Assembly: GCA_964016885.1 (NCBI GenBank)
Contig: OZ024740.1
Span: forward strand, 162,688,001 to 162,752,000
Length of the DNA: 64,000 bases
Direction: 5' to 3'
From: Eledone cirrhosa
Lineage: Eukaryota
Shown here: positions 58,695-64,000 of the stretch, in pieces
Layout of the letters: every line of letters starts with the position of its first letter
How positions within the stretch are numbered: position 1 is the stretch's first letter
Position numbers and translations under genes: made by a program
The notes under the pieces: generated by a model
What the model was told of the DNA's origin: nothing
What the model saw: the letters and a program-made list of their open reading frames with translations, nothing else
Database searches by the model: none

Positions 58695-58828
58695 TCAACT
58701 TAGTACTGGATTGGTACATTTTTGTCGACCTGGAAAGAGTGAAAGGCAAAGTTGATCTCGGCATGTTTTGAACTCAGAGTACAGAGCATTCTATGCGACG
58801 TTCTAACAACACTGCCAACTCGCTGCCT
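58695..58828 (-). mobile_element. SINE (degenerate)
   Basis: TGGTACATTTTTGTCGACC...TGAAAGGCAAAGTTGATCTCGGC...TTGAACTCAG. Confidence 0.7.
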
Positions 58829-58967
58829 ATAAGTAAAAGTCACACGTCTACCCATAAAGATAGATTTCCACGATGAATAGTATTCAGTTGTTCAACAGAT
58901 CGAACTATTTACTGATTGAATTAGCGTGAAAGTAAGTAGTCGAATATTCCACAAAACATGTAGCCTA

Positions 58968-59180
58968 GGTGAATGGTGGTGAAAGTGGAGCTTTCAGACT
59001 GGTGGCCGTCTATGCCCCGACTGGGACATCGCGGCCGGAGTTCTATTGGCGTCTGGAATCTTTCCTTGGAACGTCTCGTTCTTTACTGTTAGCGGGGGAC
59101 TGGAATGGTATCTTGGACGCACGTTGAGACTATGTAGGAGCATGCAATAGTAGAGTGGGGTGTAACAGCCTCAGAAAGGT
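58968..59180 (+). mobile_element. L1/Tx1 apurinic-endonuclease fragment
   Basis: GAFRLVAVYAPTGTSRPEFYWRLESFLGTSRSLLLAGDWNGILD carries the VYAP and GDxN motifs. Confidence 0.8.
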
Positions 59181-59622
59181 TCCATTCCAGTTATACTTGG
59201 TTGGTTTCTTTACTGAGAGCAGGGTGTCTTCACCCTCCTCCAAAAAGCCACCCAGGATCCACCATATGTCGGTGTTCGGTGGGATCTGGGACACCTTTAT
59301 CCTGTGTGTTCTTCTTCTAATGTATGTAGGGAAAAAATGTATTGGCTCATTTTAATAGGTGTCACCGAATATTTTTGAGCGAGGGCCTCGCTTTTGAAGA
59401 GCACCGAGATTCTCCCATACTGATTGGCCTTCTGAAGGTAGGCAATGTCTGGTATTACCTCCCTCAACACACCTTCCACTGTGTGCTGCGGCAAAGAAAC
59501 GGGTTTTCTCGATTCTATAGACACAGTTTCTTAAAATTTACAAATATCAGATTTTCTGATAAAAAAAAAATTAAGCAAGAACTCGCCAGCGAGCCGTCAC
59601 ACGTCTACCCATAAAGATAGAT
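59180..59622 (-). mobile_element. Probable Tx1/L1 5' UTR plus ORF1 N-terminus
   Basis: Begins at (GATA)n. The frame ...ENLIFVNFKKL / SIESRKPVSLPQHTVEGVLREVIPDIAYLQKANQYGRISVLF is RRM-like. The assignment is an inference from context. Confidence 0.5.
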
Positions 59623-59640
59623 AGATAGATAGATAGATAT

Positions 59641-60475
59641 ATTTCTTTATTAGCCACAGGGGCACAAAAGAAGGGGACAAATACAAAGGGGGAAGTTTAC
59701 ATACAATAAAAACGTGTAAAATGTTATCACAGATGGAATTTAAAAGTTAGTCGATTTTCCCCAATAGAGGGAGACAGTTTATATGGGTAACACAGACCCC
59801 CGAAAAAAATGTGCAACCCTCATCTCCAGGAGTACGAAGAGCTTGTACTCCTTTCCTCTCCTCCTCCTTTTCCTCAACCTACAGGCTGATATAGAGAGAA
59901 GGCCCATTCACTCGGGCCATTCTCGCCACTTTCACCCACCTTTCATAAAACTTGCTGGGGTACAGCACCTCTCTCTCCATCCTGATTCTTCTTCCAAAGT
60001 GGTATTTGAAAAAAAGAATCAGTTGTTGGCCGGAGAGAAAGGTGTCTGACCTCAGCCCTTTCAACCTTGTCCACCATACAACCTCTTTCGCCATAGCTAT
60101 CACACAAAGGAAAACCGCCTCTCCTTCGTTTTTGAAGGAGGGTGGCGGTTTGATCATGACAATGGACTCGGTGGTCAACTGGATTGGTCCCACCCGCGAC
60201 AATAGTCGTTCCACATAGCCCCACAGGTCAGTGACGCCCGGGCAGTGTATGAATGCGTGCGCGACGGTTTCTTCGTCTCGCACGCACCTCGGACAGATCT
60301 TTTTTGCAGGGTCCCTGCCCGGGCGCCCATGTCTGTAGAGCTTGTCTCGAACTGGTAGAGCTCCTCGGTAGCACTGCCAGGCCAGGGACTTTTGGAAGTT
60401 GTCCATCGGTCCCGGGCGGAAGGTCCTACCGAACAGACTGGCCAGTTCATCTTCCTCCACGCCTAGAGTTTCACC

Positions 60476-60476
<1 letters not shown>
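59641..60476 (-). pseudogene. Tx1/L1-clade ORF2 C-terminus (zf-RVT) plus 3' UTR, 5'-truncated, in (GATA)n
   Basis: KSLAWQCYRGALPVRDKL...CPRCVRDEETVAHAFIHC...AKEVVWWTR. The UTR ends in AATAAA immediately before (TCTA)n. Confidence 0.9.
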
Positions 60477-60525
<49 letters not shown>

Positions 60526-60526
60526 C

Positions 60527-60596
<70 letters not shown>

Positions 60597-60598
<2 letters not shown>

Positions 60599-61625
60599 TT
60601 CTTTTATTTGCCACTAGGGCATCAAAAGTGGGACAAGTACAAAGGGGGGAGTTTACACAAAAAGGCGTCCTCAATAAGGAGAAGGCAATAACAAAATATA
60701 AAAATAAAATAAGATATAACAAAAAATAAAATTTTTAACAAAATCCTCAATAGAGAGGAGGCGCCTTGGGGGGTCGCACACACCCCCGAAAAAAGTGTGC
60801 AACCCTTCTCCTCAGGAGCACAGAGAAGGGGTGCTCCCTTGGTCTTTCATCTTCCTCACCTATAGTCTGATGTAGAGTGAAGGCCCATTCACACGGGCCA
60901 TTCTCGCCACTTTCACCCATCTTTCATAGAAACGGCTGGGGTGCAGCACCTCTCTCTCCATCCTGATCCTTCTTCCGAAATGATATCGGAAGAAACGGAC
61001 CAGTTGTTGGCCAGAGAGAAAGGTGCCTGACCTCAGTCCTTTCAGACGCGTCCACCATACAACCTCTTTCGCCATGGCTATTACGCACAGAAACACCGCC
61101 TCTGCTTCATCTTTGAAGGGGGGAGGCGGCTTGATCATTACAATAGACTCGGTGGTCAACCGGATCGGTTCCACCCTTGACAGCAGTTGTTCGACATAGC
61201 CCCACAGATCGGCTACGCCCGAGCAGTGTACCAATGCGTGTGCAACGGTTTCCTCGTCGCACACGCATCTGGGACAGATCTTTTTGGCGGGGTCCCTACC
61301 CGGGCGCCCGTGTCTGTAGAGCCTTTCTCGAACGGGTAAAGCCCCTCGGTAGCACTGCCAGGCCAGGGACTTCTGGAAGTTGTCCATAGGTCCCGGGCTG
61401 AATGTCCTACCGAACAGGCTGGCCAGTTCGTCCTCCTCCATGTCTAGGGCTTCTCCGAGGGCGTCGTCGCACCTGCTGCGTACCAGCCCTCTATAGAATG
61501 TTGCGGTGGAGTCTCCACTGATAACCGGATCCGCCTGCCAGAGGGCGGTGAGCGCCTGGGCACACTCAGTGTGCCAGGCGCCCAGTTTTCTCGGTCTTTG
61601 CTTGACCCAGGATTGCAGCTCGGTG

Positions 61626-61626
<1 letters not shown>
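60597..61626 (-). pseudogene. Tx1/L1-clade ORF2 C-terminus plus 3' UTR, second subfamily, in (GATA)n
   Basis: Paralogous to the previous copy (CPRCVCDEETVAHALVHC). Stop-free to the truncation point and flanked on both sides by (GATA)n. Confidence 0.9.
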
Positions 61627-61674
<48 letters not shown>

Positions 61675-62194
61675 CAAGTGGCCATTCCAGCAACCCTGTG
61701 GCCCAACTGTGAAGACAAATGCTTAATAACACTATGTTCACTAATGTCTTGTAATATTTGCTCGGATCCATAGGTGTGACAAATTCCCATTCGAACTACT
61801 AAGGAATACATCTTTCGACTTTATGAACAAGAACTAGTTAAGGCTCCTTCAATTCAAACTCCTGAAACAAGTAAGCAAACGTTTCTGATTTGAGTCAACA
61901 AATTTGCACTCGAATTATTAAGAATACGCTTTAAAATCTCGAATGGTTTAAATTCAATATTCTTCTAAGGATACAACTTTGTTAGAGCTTTATAACTTAA
62001 GTAGTTGTCATAAACATATGTTGTGATTTATAGTCATGTTGTACAAGAAGTATAATGAGGTTAGATCACGCTCATACAATTCAGCCCAGTGACATGAGTA
62101 AGCTGTAACACAAAGCTTTGCAGTCAGAAATAGTTTTATAACAATGTGTGAGGGGGATGCAAAACATGTTTTCTAATAAAACGAATCTGCAAGT

Positions 62195-62300
62195 AAAAAA
62201 GTTGAAAAAGCCTTGGTTAAAATCTAAACTTTGGGATCGTCGTTTAATCTTTGACCTGTTGCCGTTAAATCCCAATAAAACGAATGAGCTAGAGCCGTCA

Positions 62301-62347
<47 letters not shown>

Positions 62348-62457
62348 CAGTGACGGCTCTAGCTCATTCGTTTTATTGGGATTTAACGGCAACAGGTCAA
62401 AGATTAAACGACGATCCCAAAGTTTAGATTTTAACCAAGGCTTTTTCAACTTTTTTA
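62195..62457. repeat. Perfect palindrome (110-bp arms) centred on (TA)n
   Basis: 62195-62304 mirrors 62348-62457, which yields identical peptide segments in opposite-strand ORFs. Confidence 0.93.
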
Positions 62458-63056
62458 GGGAGATATATTTTATTATGTCTCATTTAAAATAATACAACTG
62501 GCCTTCCGCAAAATACATATAGTTAGCACTCCAAACGTAAAATTGGGATTATACTAAGGTATATCCTAATGTTTGTTGAGTGAGATGGAAGCCAGTCAGA
62601 GTATAGCTTAAAGCTTTCTCTGTTAATGTATTGAATATTATACTCTTGATTTGGCCAGAGATGAATATTTCCAGATACCTTTTAAATGTAACTTTCCGTA
62701 TTATTACTATGAAATATTGATTGTTTTTCTGGTATCATATCTCTGTTTTTAGCCTAAGAAAATACCTATATGCGTGTATAAATAATACATGCATATATAT
62801 TTTTTTTTAATCTAATTGAGTTCTTCACACGCAAGGTTAAAATTGTTGAAAAAATTAATTGACCCACGTGTATATTATTTGACTTCCTTGTGTTTCGCGA
62901 TGACCTCCCCTCTCCGATTGATGACAGTGTGAGATTCCTCATACTGAGACTGCTGGAATTTCAAATTTGGTGGTCATTCTGATACGGAGAGAGACCATCG
63001 CTGACATGGGATTAGACATCGGTAAGAGAGTTTTTTATATCGATGTTTGACGGGCA

Positions 63057-63177
63057 TCCACTGATGATTTATAAGTGCCCACCTGCACATATTCCTACGG
63101 AATATGTGAAGGCTTCTACATAACCCGGACACATTCTCCCAACTTGTAGAAAACTTATAATGAAACAATTGTTTGGA
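63057..63177 (+). ncRNA. Hammerhead motif with branched domain II (homologue of 31804-31924)
   Basis: TCCA-CTGATGA-tTTATAAG...CTTATAAt-GAAA-CAATTG-TT-TGGA. The downstream 63181-63354 is duplicated at 62458-62633 and diverged at 31930-32105. Confidence 0.8.
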
Positions 63178-63351
63178 AAGGGAGATATATTTTATTATGT
63201 CTCATTTAAAATAATACAACTGGCCTTCCGCAAAATACATATAGTTAGCACCCCAAACGTAAAATTGGGATTATACTAAGGTATATCCTAATGTTTGTTG
63301 GGTGAGATGGAAGCCAGTCAGAGTATAGCTTAAAGCTTTCTCTGTTAATGT

Positions 63352-63414
<63 letters not shown>

Positions 63415-63613
63415 CGGAGGAGTTGTGGTAAGGAACCAGATGGACCATAACGCACCAGAGTACTCAATACTTAGGGTAGTAGAGTGGGTAATAGGAGAAA
63501 GTATGACCCCGACGGCAGAGCTCAAGCCGTTTCGACGGCTATTTCTGGACTAAAGTAAGAGTTTTTTTAGTCTGGTAAATAAATAGCCGAACTTTTCAAG
63601 GGTACTTCCTTAT

Positions 63614-64000
63614 ATGGAAATATTGGACGTTACCCTCAACCTCGAAAATTACCTGTACTACCCATACAGGAAACCAAACGACAACCTGCACTACATCCAC
63701 CGCCGCTCTAACCATCCTAGAAACATCACCAATAATCTGGTTAAAAACATCTCCCTCCGAATATCTTGTTTGTCCGCTAATGAGCAGATATTCGACGAAC
63801 ATGCGCCTCATTACAACCAGGCCCTCAAGCGGAGTGGCTTCCGGGAGGAATTATCCTTTTATCCAGCTTCCCTTAGCGGAACCAGCAGGCGACGCCGCCG
63901 CTCACGCCACGTAACGTGATTCAATCCTCCCCACAATGCCGAAGTGGCAACACCTATCGGAAAAATCTTTTTTAGGCTCCTCGAAAAACACTATCCACCA
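63614..64000 (+). pseudogene. Penelope-like element (Hydra-type) RT thumb, 5'-truncated, runs off the window
   Basis: ILDVTLNL...YYPYRKPNDNLHYIHRRSNHP...ISLRISCLSANEQIF...YNQALKRSGF...RHVT*FNPPHNAEVATPIGKIFFRLLEKHYPP. The end overlaps homologously with the start of the 2741 fragment. Confidence 0.9.

Noticed and set aside
60860-61771. 303-aa ORF with an apparent signal peptide fused to zf-RVT
   Set aside because: It is chance read-through across (TCTA)n into a truncated LINE.
63917-63919. In-frame TGA in the PLE RT as a recoded (Sec or Trp) codon
   Set aside because: It sits at the expected Trp of the W(F/Y)NPP motif, so a single TGG-to-TGA nonsense change in a truncated copy is simpler.

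Overview
AT-rich, microsatellite-saturated eukaryotic non-coding DNA. The repeat families look like a cephalopod (Octopus-like) genome, which is an inference. No host protein-coding gene is supportable, and most listed ORFs are translations of (TA)n, (CA)n, (CATA)n or (GAT)n. The window is a graveyard of mobile elements: Penelope-like elements (Hydra-type and Naiad-type GIY-YIG/RT fragments), R4/Dong-type, Tx1/L1-type, RTE and CR1-type LINE fragments, tRNA-derived SINEs, non-autonomous Helitrons carrying minisatellites, and hAT/mariner remnants. The strongest hidden signal is RNA-level. About 20 type-I hammerhead ribozyme motifs (CTGANGA...GAAA...TH) from roughly 13 unrelated sequence families occur here, most with a short palindromic stem III and most beside (TA)n tracts. 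They include a ~558-bp retrozyme-like tandem array with one ribozyme per unit, arranged as a head-to-head inverted dimer (43440-45745). Many fold-back palindromes and a ~3.1-kb nested quasi-palindrome may be biological or assembly artefacts. Three retroelement groups appear to partition three different microsatellites.
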